DNA of 32,000 nt. It comes from Thermofilum adornatum (lineage in GTDB: Archaea > Thermoproteota > Thermoprotei > Thermofilales > Thermofilaceae). Below the pieces are notes generated by a model. The model ran no database searches, was not told where the DNA came from, and saw only the letters and a program-made list of their open reading frames with translations. The translations under genes and the position numbers were made by a program. Of the stretch, positions 24,324 through 32,000 are shown piece after piece (the first letter of the stretch is position 1; every line of letters begins with the position of its first letter). The stretch is taken from the NCBI RefSeq assembly GCF_000446015.1, contig NC_022093.1, positions 570,001 to 602,000 of the forward strand. The letters run 5' to 3'.

Positions 24324-24400
24324 TGGTGCGGCCGCCGGGATTTGAACCCGGGTTCTGCGGCTTGGGAGGCCGCCATCCTACCAGACTAGACTACGGCCGC
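24324..24400 (-). tRNA. tRNA-Gly(CCC); CCA encoded
   Basis: Reverse complement: GCGGCCG TA GTCT AGTCTGGTA GGAT G GCGGC CTCCCAA GCCGC AGAAC CCGGG TTCAAAT CCCGG CGGCCGC A CCA. Confidence 0.92.
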
Positions 24401-24557
24401 CTCAACTCTATGATAAATGGGACAAATTAAAAAATCTTTCCAGTGCTCATGCCTTCCACGCTTCATCATTTAAATCAATCTTCAGACTGGTGTTCCAAGT
24501 CATTGCTAAGCTATAAATGTAGAAAGATTTTTTAGTGTTTGTGGCGAAAAATATATT

Positions 24558-24806
24558 ATGAGCGCGGAACACTCTGCCGCAGTAGCCTATGTTCTGATAA
24601 ATTGTGACATAGGTAAGGAGAAGGAAGTTCTAGAAGAGTTAAAGAAAATACCTGGCGTTATAGAGGCACACCTACTCTACGGCGTCTACGACATCATAGT
24701 TAAGGCAACGGGCAAAAATAACACAGAAATCAGAGAAATGATACTTACAAAAATAAGGAGAATACCAGGAGTAAAGCGCACCTTAACAATGCCTGTCGTC
24801 GAGTAA
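24558..24806 (+). CDS. Stand-alone RAM (Lrp/AsnC ligand-binding) domain protein
   Basis: 82-aa ORF. AYVLINCDIGKEKEVLEELKKIPGVIEAHLLYGVYDIIVKA... is the RAM-domain beta-alpha-beta-beta-alpha-beta pattern, with no HTH. Confidence 0.65.
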   Translation: MSAEHSAAVAYVLINCDIGKEKEVLEELKKIPGVIEAHLLYGVYDIIVKATGKNNTEIREMILTKIRRIPGVKRTLTMPVVE

Positions 24807-24819
24807 CAGCCAAAGACAG

Positions 24820-25884
24820 CTATTTGTCCTGAAGCGGAACCAGGATAATTTTTCCTTCGTGAAATAATATCCCAACCTTGTCCTCGATCCTAAATATCCC
24901 TTCACTCTTTTTGACATCTACCTCGTATACCTTGTAGTCCTTATCCATTACGTATACTTTTTCATTTTCAACCGCAACAATAATGCCCCTCTGAATCTCT
25001 GAGGCTCTTGCAACTGTAGACGTCTGCGAAATGAAACTCTTTAAAAGCACTACACTCTCCACAACATAACTGTCAAGGTCTAACAGGAAGACTCTCTTTG
25101 AGTCGATATCCTTTACCAGGTAGTAACGATCCCTATACTTTATAACGTCGCCCTTGGTAAAGCCGGGAAGCAACAGTCTAAAGGTGACCTGGAACTTTTC
25201 TTGCCCACTAGAATCAACGCCTACCTTTTTCCCAGTCTCCAACGTATCAAAGTACATCTTATGCGATAAGTTATTTACAAACTCTTTAGCTGCACTTATA
25301 GTAGAAAAATAAAGGTCAAACCCGCCAGACTCTTCCTTAACTTGCCACGGAGACAAATCAGCCCCTTTACCTTTCATCGACGCTGTTTGCTCGAGAAGAC
25401 CCAATAGTATGTTTTTTTCTCTCTGTGTTAATTCCCTGTTGCTTGCTCTAACTTGGACTATCGCCCTCTTGGCTTTTGAGACTCTTCCCAGACATGCATC
25501 ACAAATAGTGTATTCCATTTTTACAGGAATTTCGTATTCCTCTTGGTAGAATTGCTGTATCTCTGGGTGCACTTTGCCAGTGACTGTGAGCTGCATAGAG
25601 CCTTGTCTCGGGTAAATCTTTATGTCAATGTCTCTTATTTCACCCCTAAGCTTCACGATGTGTTTCAGATCCTTCCTTATTTGGTCTAGTAGTTCTTCCT
25701 CTGTATCACTCCATGAACCTTTATAACCTAGCCTGCCACACTTCTTGCAAATCTTTAGAGTCAACTCAGCCTTTTTTTGCTCCACCATCGGGTGATGCTT
25801 GACGTAGCAGTCTGGGCAAAGACCGTCAATAAGCCTCTCAGTCCTCCTGCCACATATAGGACACACAAAGACACGCTCTGACAT
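24820..25884 (-). CDS. NMD3-family protein (archaeal homologue of the 60S export adaptor)
   Basis: N-terminal Cys clusters CPICG...CPDC...CKKCG...(C)DAC are typical of NMD3. ATG 25884 is preceded by GAGGGGG. The track ORF starts 6 codons upstream, at GTG 25902. Confidence 0.75.
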   Translation of the reverse strand: MSERVFVCPICGRRTERLIDGLCPDCYVKHHPMVEQKKAELTLKICKKCGRLGYKGSWSDTEEELLDQIRKDLKHIVKLRGEIRDIDIKIYPRQGSMQLTVTGKVHPEIQQFYQEEYEIPVKMEYTICDACLGRVSKAKRAIVQVRASNRELTQREKNILLGLLEQTASMKGKGADLSPWQVKEESGGFDLYFSTISAAKEFVNNLSHKMYFDTLETGKKVGVDSSGQEKFQVTFRLLLPGFTKGDVIKYRDRYYLVKDIDSKRVFLLDLDSYVVESVVLLKSFISQTSTVARASEIQRGIIVAVENEKVYVMDKDYKVYEVDVKKSEGIFRIEDKVGILFHEGKIILVPLQDK

Positions 25885-25898
25885 TTCCCCCTCATCCC

Positions 25899-26234
25899 TC
25901 ACAGTATCTCCGACTTAAAGACCTGCACATAGGGAATACCGGCAACAAACATTGCTGCTTGTCTCGCTAGTGGAAATATTTCCTCAACAATTTTTAAACT
26001 TACCTCACCTATAACGGTTACCGAGTCTGCCTCCGAGATGTATTTTTTCAGCAACGGGCTGTCAGCATCAATAAGACTGCCCCCGAAAAATTCCTCAGTA
26101 ACTTTGAACTTCACCTTGCCGTGACGGAACTCTTTCCCCAGAAGCTCAACGTCGCAAATAGCAAGCATCCTGTATCCTCCACTCGAATGAAGCTTATAGT
26201 AGACCTTTACGCGTTCCTTCCCCAGTGGCTCCAC
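25899..26234 (-). CDS. DUF424-family protein
   Basis: 111-aa ORF. MLAICDVELLGKEF...FFGG...VIGE...AGIPYVQVF matches the DUF424 (COG2412) pattern as I recall it. It is paired with NMD3. Confidence 0.6.
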   Translation of the reverse strand: MEPLGKERVKVYYKLHSSGGYRMLAICDVELLGKEFRHGKVKFKVTEEFFGGSLIDADSPLLKKYISEADSVTVIGEVSLKIVEEIFPLARQAAMFVAGIPYVQVFKSEIL

Positions 26235-26290
26235 TTTTTATTCCTGTAGTCTTTCTACGCAAACAAAACACTTAAACCTCACGCTTCATA

Positions 26291-26365
26291 CAAAAGATGA
26301 ATGATGAAGGTTGGTATTTAGGAGCCTAAAGCAATGAACTGTGACATCAAGACTGACAGCTTTTG
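26291..26365 (+). ncRNA. Candidate C/D box sRNA (2'-O-methylation guide)
   Basis: Perfect C box ATGATGA (26301-26307), a 12-nt guide, then a D'-like AGGA (26320-26323). A C'-like ATGAACT (26334-26340), a 12-nt guide, then a perfect D box CTGA (26353-26356). CAAAAG (26291-26296) is exactly complementary to CTTTTG (26360-26365) and could form a terminal stem. The element is intergenic and antisense to both flanking genes. The D' and C' boxes are degenerate. Confidence 0.45.
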
Positions 26366-26366
26366 T

Positions 26367-27224
26367 CTATTCTCTAAGGATAGTGTTCAGCTCGCCGCGG
26401 ACAACAACCCCCTTGCCTCTAACGATGTCAAAGACAAATAACTGGGGCGGCACCGGTCTCCACCTCATTTTTCGAACATACAGTGTCCTGTAAAATGCGT
26501 TCTTAATCCTCTCAATACCAAGCACAAAGACTCCCGTAGCAAGGAACTCTTCTACACCATACCTACTAAGAGCGGTGCTACCAGTAGGTATCTCAGACAC
26601 TATAAGCGTCGTAGCACCGATACGTTTCTCCAGGTTGATGATAAGGCTCTTGATGTATTCACGGGTCCATGCTACGTCGCCCTCATTGACAATTAGGGGT
26701 GCGACGGGGTCTATAACTAGTCGCTGCGCGCCTATCAACCTAGCCTCTCTAAGTATGCCGTCAACGATAGACATAACGACTGTATCGACCGGCTTGTTCC
26801 TCATCTTCTCCACAAAGTCAGGCATCAATGTAAGTATTCTCAGCTTCCTAGCCTTGATGAATTGCTCAAAGTCCCATCCAAAATCGTAGACACCGTTCAT
26901 GAAGTCGTCATAGTCCTCGTCTACGAGGACATAAATGCCTGGCTCGTTAGACCGGAGACCCTCCATTAGAAAAGTCAAACTGAAAAGCGTCTTGCCGGTT
27001 CCTGTCTCGCCTGTAACCAAGTATGATCTTCCACGCAGAATACCCTTTATCCGTTCGTCTAAGCCCTCGATGCCTAGCTTGGCAAGCTGGTATCCCCACT
27101 TCCTTGTTTCGTATTCCCGCGTCTTCACCTGTGGGATTTCTTGGCCTACCTCTTCGGGGACCGGAATCTCCTCTGGAACTGGCGAAGGCAACTTGGCCCT
27201 AGGATTTTTCTTGACGCTACTCAT
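26367..27224 (-). CDS. Single-domain KaiC/RecA-superfamily ATPase (COG0467-like)
   Basis: GIEGLDERIKGILRGRSYLVTGETGTGKT (Walker A), a Walker-B-like RLVIDP, and a KaiC-like C-terminal region. I prefer ATG 27224. The track ORF extends to GTG 27308, which would leave only 45 nt for two divergent promoters. Confidence 0.7.
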   Translation of the reverse strand: MSSVKKNPRAKLPSPVPEEIPVPEEVGQEIPQVKTREYETRKWGYQLAKLGIEGLDERIKGILRGRSYLVTGETGTGKTLFSLTFLMEGLRSNEPGIYVLVDEDYDDFMNGVYDFGWDFEQFIKARKLRILTLMPDFVEKMRNKPVDTVVMSIVDGILREARLIGAQRLVIDPVAPLIVNEGDVAWTREYIKSLIINLEKRIGATTLIVSEIPTGSTALSRYGVEEFLATGVFVLGIERIKNAFYRTLYVRKMRWRPVPPQLFVFDIVRGKGVVVRGELNTILRE

Positions 27225-27353
27225 AGCTACCCCAGCTCTATGGAACGTACACTCTAAAAAGTCTAGCGCGTAGGAATCCTTTTTAGCCACATTCTTTGAG
27301 GCGCCCACACGATAACAACTAAAATCTATAAGCTAATACAGGTTCATAGTACT

Positions 27354-28910
27354 ATGGATAGAATACCTGGAGAGGAAAATGTTGTACATAAAGTCCCCAG
27401 AAAAAACACTCTAAGGATTGGCGTTTTGTACCCATCCTTTCCCCAAGTTGCATTAGACGCGCTTTCGTTCCAAATGCTTTACTACTGGCTAAACTCTCAC
27501 GATGAAATCTACGCCGAACAAGTAATGCTTGATTTTGATGGAAATCCTATCCCCCAAACACTAGAAACTGGGACATCTCTAAAAAAGCTGGACTATATAG
27601 TTGTTACCGTACACTACGAGCTAGACCTTGTCAATATCCTGCGCATTCTCTTAGATGCGGGAGTCGAGCCTTACAGTTCAAAGCGGGAAAAACCAATGAT
27701 AATAGCGGGAGGCCCCCCCATAATAGCTAACCCACTCCCTATTTCCCCCTTCATAGACGTTTTGGTAGTCGGAGAAATAGAATCAACGCTTCCAACGCTT
27801 ATCAGCCAGCTATACACCTATGGAACAGAAAAGGAGAGACTTCTAGAATCTCTAGAGCCTTCAAAGGGCTTCTTTGTACCCTCTTTTTATACAGGAGAGA
27901 AAGTAGTTCTTAACTATGCACACAGCTTGCCCAGAGAATTCCACCCCTCAATACAGCTTCAACTCTCAGATACACGTGCAAAGTGGAAAAACAGGACAGC
28001 CGTCGAAGCTTCGAGGGGGTGTTTCAGGCTATGCGCTTTTTGCCTTGAGGGACACATTTTCTATGGCGTGCGGGAACGCCCGCTAGACCAAATAAGAGAC
28101 ATCGTCACGGAGGGGCACGCATATAACCACTCGAGGCACGTTAAACTTGTAAGCCTCTCATTCTTTGACCACAAAGGGGCAGACTCTATTCTCGAATGGC
28201 TGATTTCTCATGGCTACAGCTTCTCCATTCCATCTATTCGAGCAGAGACACTCAACGAGAAGAGGCTAGAATACATCAAACAGGGGGGACAAAAAACATT
28301 AACCATAGCCCCCGAGACAGGGTCGCTCAAGCTCTCAGCACTAATAAGGAAAAGGCTAAGCATTGAACACGCAACAGACATCTCGCTTACAGCCAAAAAG
28401 CTCGGTTTCACGGGCCTCAAAGTCTACTTAATGATAGGCCTCCCTGGCGAAACCGAGGACGACATAGACCAGACAGCACAATACATCCAGAAACTTGCGG
28501 AAACCACGGGATTCAAGGGCGAAAGACAACTAAAAATAACTATTAGCCCCTTTGTCCCCAAGCCCCACACATTCCTGCAATATGCACCATTTATTGGCAT
28601 ACAAGAGGCAAGAAGAAGAATAAATCTACTTAGGAAAAAACTTGGAGGACTTGCAGATATAAGGACTTATGACCCGAGACTAGCTCAAATACAGACAATC
28701 ATTTCTCGCGGAGACCTAGACCTTTCAAGAACACTTATCGAGTGGGCTCTCAATGGTGGAGGGCTCGGCGGATGGAGAAAAGCTGTGAGGCTGACAAGGC
28801 TCGATGTAAACCGATACTTGGAGCCAGTTTACAAGGATCCCCCATGGAGTTTTATTGAGTTCCCAAATTTGCCACGCAGTCTGAAATTCTTTTCCAGTAC
28901 TCGCGGATAA
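27354..28910 (+). CDS. Radical SAM protein with an N-terminal B12-binding-like domain (COG1032 type), function unknown
   Basis: 518-aa ORF with the CxxxCxxC motif CFRLCAFC after ~220 aa of an alpha/beta N-terminal domain. LMIGLPGETEDD is typical of this class. Confidence 0.75.
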   Translation: MDRIPGEENVVHKVPRKNTLRIGVLYPSFPQVALDALSFQMLYYWLNSHDEIYAEQVMLDFDGNPIPQTLETGTSLKKLDYIVVTVHYELDLVNILRILLDAGVEPYSSKREKPMIIAGGPPIIANPLPISPFIDVLVVGEIESTLPTLISQLYTYGTEKERLLESLEPSKGFFVPSFYTGEKVVLNYAHSLPREFHPSIQLQLSDTRAKWKNRTAVEASRGCFRLCAFCLEGHIFYGVRERPLDQIRDIVTEGHAYNHSRHVKLVSLSFFDHKGADSILEWLISHGYSFSIPSIRAETLNEKRLEYIKQGGQKTLTIAPETGSLKLSALIRKRLSIEHATDISLTAKKLGFTGLKVYLMIGLPGETEDDIDQTAQYIQKLAETTGFKGERQLKITISPFVPKPHTFLQYAPFIGIQEARRRINLLRKKLGGLADIRTYDPRLAQIQTIISRGDLDLSRTLIEWALNGGGLGGWRKAVRLTRLDVNRYLEPVYKDPPWSFIEFPNLPRSLKFFSSTRG

Positions 28911-30060
28911 CGTATACACGGGTAGGTGCATAGCCTTCAGATACTATGCTTCTAAGTAAAGTTTTACGGCTCGAAATGAGGGGGATCAGGTTCCCATTGT
29001 CAATAATGTATAGTTGACTGGGGTCTTTGAGTGGAGAAACTTTTCCCTCGTAAACAAGTATGTATTGCTCTGGGACGCCACACTTGCTGGATAAATATTC
29101 TTCTAAGTCATGTTTCACTAGATGCTCAAATATTTCACTGGACTGCTCATCGTTTCCAGGTAGATACTCCAATATAAGCTTTGGAGGAATTCTCTCAATA
29201 AACTGCCTAGACAAATATCCTACTTTCTCATTGTTGCTCCTCATAGAATCTTTAAGCATCGAAAGCAAAGAAACATCGTCAAATAGGCACCAGGATAATT
29301 TATCTCTCAGTATTTCCTTCGGTGGGTCAACTAGACCTTCTTCTAGCATTACCTTGTAGATTCTCTGTAGGAGAGCCTCAAATCCACTTACAGTCTTATG
29401 ATAATAAACTGTTTTAAATAACTGGAACCTTGAAATCAGCAGACTTTCCAGTGCCGTCTCGGAACCCCTAGCAAATGCCACTATCCACTTTGCCCCACTC
29501 TTAACAAGCCTGACCGAGCGGATAACACGCCCCACGTCTATTTTCCCATAAGCTACACCTGTATGTAACGCGTCACGCAACATGTAGTCGATCCTGTCCG
29601 AGTCAACCTCTGAACAAACAAGGGGGCTTAACTTGTCCTTTCCCCTCAAAATTTCTACAACTCTATCGGCGAAATCCCCAAGTTTCTCTTTCAAAAAATT
29701 CTCGATAAGAAAAACTGTGACCTCCTCGTGGTTAACTGACAAAGTATGAGAAAACGGCATATGTCCAATGTCATGTAGCAACGCAGCCAGCCTCAGTGCC
29801 TGAAGATCAGCCTCGTCTACTACACCTGTGTTGAGCGCCATAAGGGACGCCACATGCATGGTGCCGATTGAATGAGAAAACCTCGTGTGTGTTGCTCCGG
29901 GAAAAACTAGATCGGCGGGACCAAGTTGTTTTATTCTTCTCAGTCTCTGAAAAATACAGTCACTAATAGCGAGTAGCTCTATCGGTGTAACGTCTATAAA
30001 GCCGTGAACCTCGTCGTATATCTCCTTCTCGAATGTTAGAGGTGGAACCCGTCGTGTCAT
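28852..30060 (-). CDS. HD-domain phosphohydrolase (COG1078, SAMHD1/dGTPase-like)
   Basis: 402-aa ORF with THTRFSHSIGTMHVA (H...H), LLHDIGHMPFSH (HD) and DSDRIDYMLRD motifs. Confidence 0.8.
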   Translation of the reverse strand: MTRRVPPLTFEKEIYDEVHGFIDVTPIELLAISDCIFQRLRRIKQLGPADLVFPGATHTRFSHSIGTMHVASLMALNTGVVDEADLQALRLAALLHDIGHMPFSHTLSVNHEEVTVFLIENFLKEKLGDFADRVVEILRGKDKLSPLVCSEVDSDRIDYMLRDALHTGVAYGKIDVGRVIRSVRLVKSGAKWIVAFARGSETALESLLISRFQLFKTVYYHKTVSGFEALLQRIYKVMLEEGLVDPPKEILRDKLSWCLFDDVSLLSMLKDSMRSNNEKVGYLSRQFIERIPPKLILEYLPGNDEQSSEIFEHLVKHDLEEYLSSKCGVPEQYILVYEGKVSPLKDPSQLYIIDNGNLIPLISSRKTLLRSIVSEGYAPTRVYVIREYWKRISDCVANLGTQ

Positions 30061-30113
30061 TGCCTAGCAATCTATTTATCGGAGTGCTGAATAATATTTT
30101 TGGTGACACCATA

Positions 30114-30632
30114 ATGAGTTACGAGTTTGACGACTGGTTCAAGAGAATAAGGAAAATGATGGAAGAATTTGACAAAATGTTCGAAGAAATGCTACGCGAG
30201 CCGATGTACTTCAGCGGAGAGGGAAAAAGCGGAAAAGTCATTGGACCCTACTACTACGGCTTCAGCGTAGAGATAGGGCCTGACGGCGTCCCAAAGGTAA
30301 GAGAATGGGGAAACATTAGACCCGGACACGTGAGGCCAGTAATCAGAGACACTATTGAGCCATTCACAGATGTGTTCGACGAGGGAGACCACTATAGGAT
30401 AATTGTAGATGTGCCCGGAGTTGAAAAGGACAAAATAAACATCGAGGCCACCGAGCGGTCCCTCACCATAACTGCGAGCAATGACCGGAAATACTACAAG
30501 GAAGTATCGTTTGCTGAACCTGTGAACCCCGACACGGCAAAGGCACAGTACAGGAACGGAGTCCTAACAATCACGATCGAAAAGAAAGAGAAAACCAAGA
30601 AAGAAAAAGGAGTAAAGATAAAGGTCGAGTAG
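30114..30632 (+). CDS. Small heat-shock protein (Hsp20/alpha-crystallin family)
   Basis: From the internal ATG (MSYEFDDWF...). The alpha-crystallin domain pattern is YRIIVDVPGVEKDKINIEATERSLTITA ... AKAQYRNGVLTITIEKK. Confidence 0.88.
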   Translation: MSYEFDDWFKRIRKMMEEFDKMFEEMLREPMYFSGEGKSGKVIGPYYYGFSVEIGPDGVPKVREWGNIRPGHVRPVIRDTIEPFTDVFDEGDHYRIIVDVPGVEKDKINIEATERSLTITASNDRKYYKEVSFAEPVNPDTAKAQYRNGVLTITIEKKEKTKKEKGVKIKVE

Positions 30633-31907
30633 CTACAGAGCTATTTTCAGCTCTTCCCCGATTTTTGGAACATATGTTTCTTTTCCAAGCTTCCTACTGA
30701 GTTCTGCAAGTTTCAACGCTGACTCTTCTTCGCCGTGTACAAGCACCACTTTGGCGTCTTTCTTCGCCAAGCTCAGAGTTTTAACTAACTCGTCGTGCCC
30801 ACAGTGAGCACTAAAGTCAAACCACTCTATTCTAGCCTTCACGGGGCCCCGCTTGGTTGGAGACGCATATATCCCAGTCTCGATAACTTGGCGGGCAGGT
30901 GTCTCGGGTATTACGTAACTTACGAATATGACCGCATTCCGACTGTTTTCCATTATCTTCTCCATGTAGAATTCACTGGGACCCCCCTGCAACATTCCAG
31001 CTGGCGAGATGACGATGCCAGGCCCGGAGAGAATCTTTTTGCGGTGATCCCAGTCCCTAACTTTGATGGATTTCTCGACGGCTTTCTGGAATAGCTTCGG
31101 CTCCCTTAAGAGGTCGAGGTTTTCCATTATTAAGTCGTTTGCTGCACGTGCCATGCCGTCTACATATATGGGCACATCTATGTCGTATTTTGCTAGGACA
31201 CAGAGTATCTCCTGTGCACGCCCAATAGCGAAAACCGGTACAAATGCGATGCCGCCGTTACCTACAACCTCAAGCACCGTATTGATGAATGCCTTTTCAG
31301 CCTCTTCCCTCGGAGGATGGTTATACTCTGCATACGTAGACTCCATGATTATTAGGTCTGCTTTGGATATGTCGTTCGGATTGGCGCCTCTAAGGAGACA
31401 CGTGTCATGTAACGAGTAATCACCTGTATAGAGAATATTCAGCGACGGGGACTCTATCTGTATCATTGAGCTTCCAGGAATATGTCCAGCATCAATCATC
31501 TTGATACTTATATCATTTACCTCGAAGTATTCTCCATAGTTTAGAGAAACGAGATTATCAAGCATTTTTTCGACCTCAACTATCTCGTATGGAATGTAGT
31601 ATTTAGACAACTTCATAAAGTCCCGTATGAGGAGGTCGGACAATGTTGCCGTGAGAGGCGTAGAGATGAATGGAATGCTTCTTGATACATATAGGAGCGG
31701 CACGGCGCCACTGTGATCCAGATGTGCATGTGAAACTGCTACAGCGTCTAGCCTTTTTGGCGGGACTGGTAGCGGGAACTGGGGTTCTTCTCCCTCTATG
31801 CTTACCCCGTAATCAAGCAACAACTGTTTTTCTTCTATTCCTAGAAGTATAGCTGACCTACCAACTTCTCTGGCCCCACCGAGGAACTTCAAATTTACAT
31901 CAGCCAT
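30633..31907 (-). CDS. Metallo-beta-lactamase / beta-CASP family ribonuclease (aCPSF2-like, no KH domains)
   Basis: 424-aa ORF. It has the HxHxDH motif (SHAHLDHSGA), later DAGHIPGS and MESTYA motifs, and C-terminal FSAHCGHDEL and HGE, which fits the beta-CASP layout. Confidence 0.8.
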   Translation of the reverse strand: MADVNLKFLGGAREVGRSAILLGIEEKQLLLDYGVSIEGEEPQFPLPVPPKRLDAVAVSHAHLDHSGAVPLLYVSRSIPFISTPLTATLSDLLIRDFMKLSKYYIPYEIVEVEKMLDNLVSLNYGEYFEVNDISIKMIDAGHIPGSSMIQIESPSLNILYTGDYSLHDTCLLRGANPNDISKADLIIMESTYAEYNHPPREEAEKAFINTVLEVVGNGGIAFVPVFAIGRAQEILCVLAKYDIDVPIYVDGMARAANDLIMENLDLLREPKLFQKAVEKSIKVRDWDHRKKILSGPGIVISPAGMLQGGPSEFYMEKIMENSRNAVIFVSYVIPETPARQVIETGIYASPTKRGPVKARIEWFDFSAHCGHDELVKTLSLAKKDAKVVLVHGEEESALKLAELSRKLGKETYVPKIGEELKIAL

Positions 31908-32000
31908 TTTTTAGCCCTAGACTTTCAGCCACTAATCTTTATTTTTATGTTTAACTTTATGCCAAGAAACACGCGGAGCAAAACATTTTTTGCTACATTT

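Noticed and set aside
24440-24480. A minus-strand C-box-like ATGATGA (complement of TCATCAT at ~24466-24472) in the tRNA-Gly / RAM-domain intergenic region
   Set aside because: No CTGA D box lies at the expected 45-60 nt downstream on that strand, and there is no terminal complementarity. A single heptamer is expected by chance.
1325-31852. The many 60-160-aa antisense or out-of-frame track ORFs nested inside long genes (for example 1325-1645, 2464-2922, 6073-6555, 7092-7496, 12723-13205, 20377-20688, 26935-27273, 31063-31419)
   Set aside because: Each is fully contained in a longer ORF with clear family motifs on the other strand or frame. Their translations are Ser/Arg/Pro/Leu-rich shadow-frame sequence with no recognisable domains.

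Overview
This window looks like a chromosomal core region of a crenarchaeon (Thermoprotei, Desulfurococcales-like by gene content and tRNA architecture). The species cannot be determined from the sequence alone. Contents in order:
- A CRISPR array with a 25-nt repeat (165-853). It is transcribed on the minus strand, with its leader at 854 to about 1000.
- The KEOPS genes bud32 and kae1.
- Three small translation-gene clusters: S27ae-S24e; S19e-PDCD5-L39e-L31e-aIF6; L22-S3-L29-Rnp1-S17-L14.
- RNA-modification genes: cbf5, a trmY-like gene and trmI.
- Eight dispersed single tRNA genes. Four carry introns and seven encode the 3' CCA.
- An XPD helicase, 6-phospho-3-hexuloisomerase, a ThiL-like kinase, NMD3 plus DUF424, Hsp20, a beta-CASP RNase and an HD hydrolase.
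- Three large radical-SAM genes, a KaiC-like ATPase, several small regulators (ArsR, Lrp, a stand-alone RAM domain, a divergent TFB paralogue), and a GC-richer module encoding a membrane-anchored glycoprotein.

Two real genes shorter than the ORF-track cut-off were recovered by hand: S27ae (2898-3056) and L39e (12103-12255). I found no cas genes, transposases or integrases.

I do not see a convincing complete novel multi-gene system. The best leads are:
- the CRISPR array, whose leader side abuts housekeeping genes;
- an HTH plus PD-(D/E)xK nuclease gene placed where the ribosomal-protein operon is broken;
- two unusual intron-containing tRNAs;
- a candidate C/D box sRNA;
- a possible small transcription unit beside the CRISPR leader;
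- a divergent TFB paralogue.

All functional calls come from motif recognition by eye. No searches were run.
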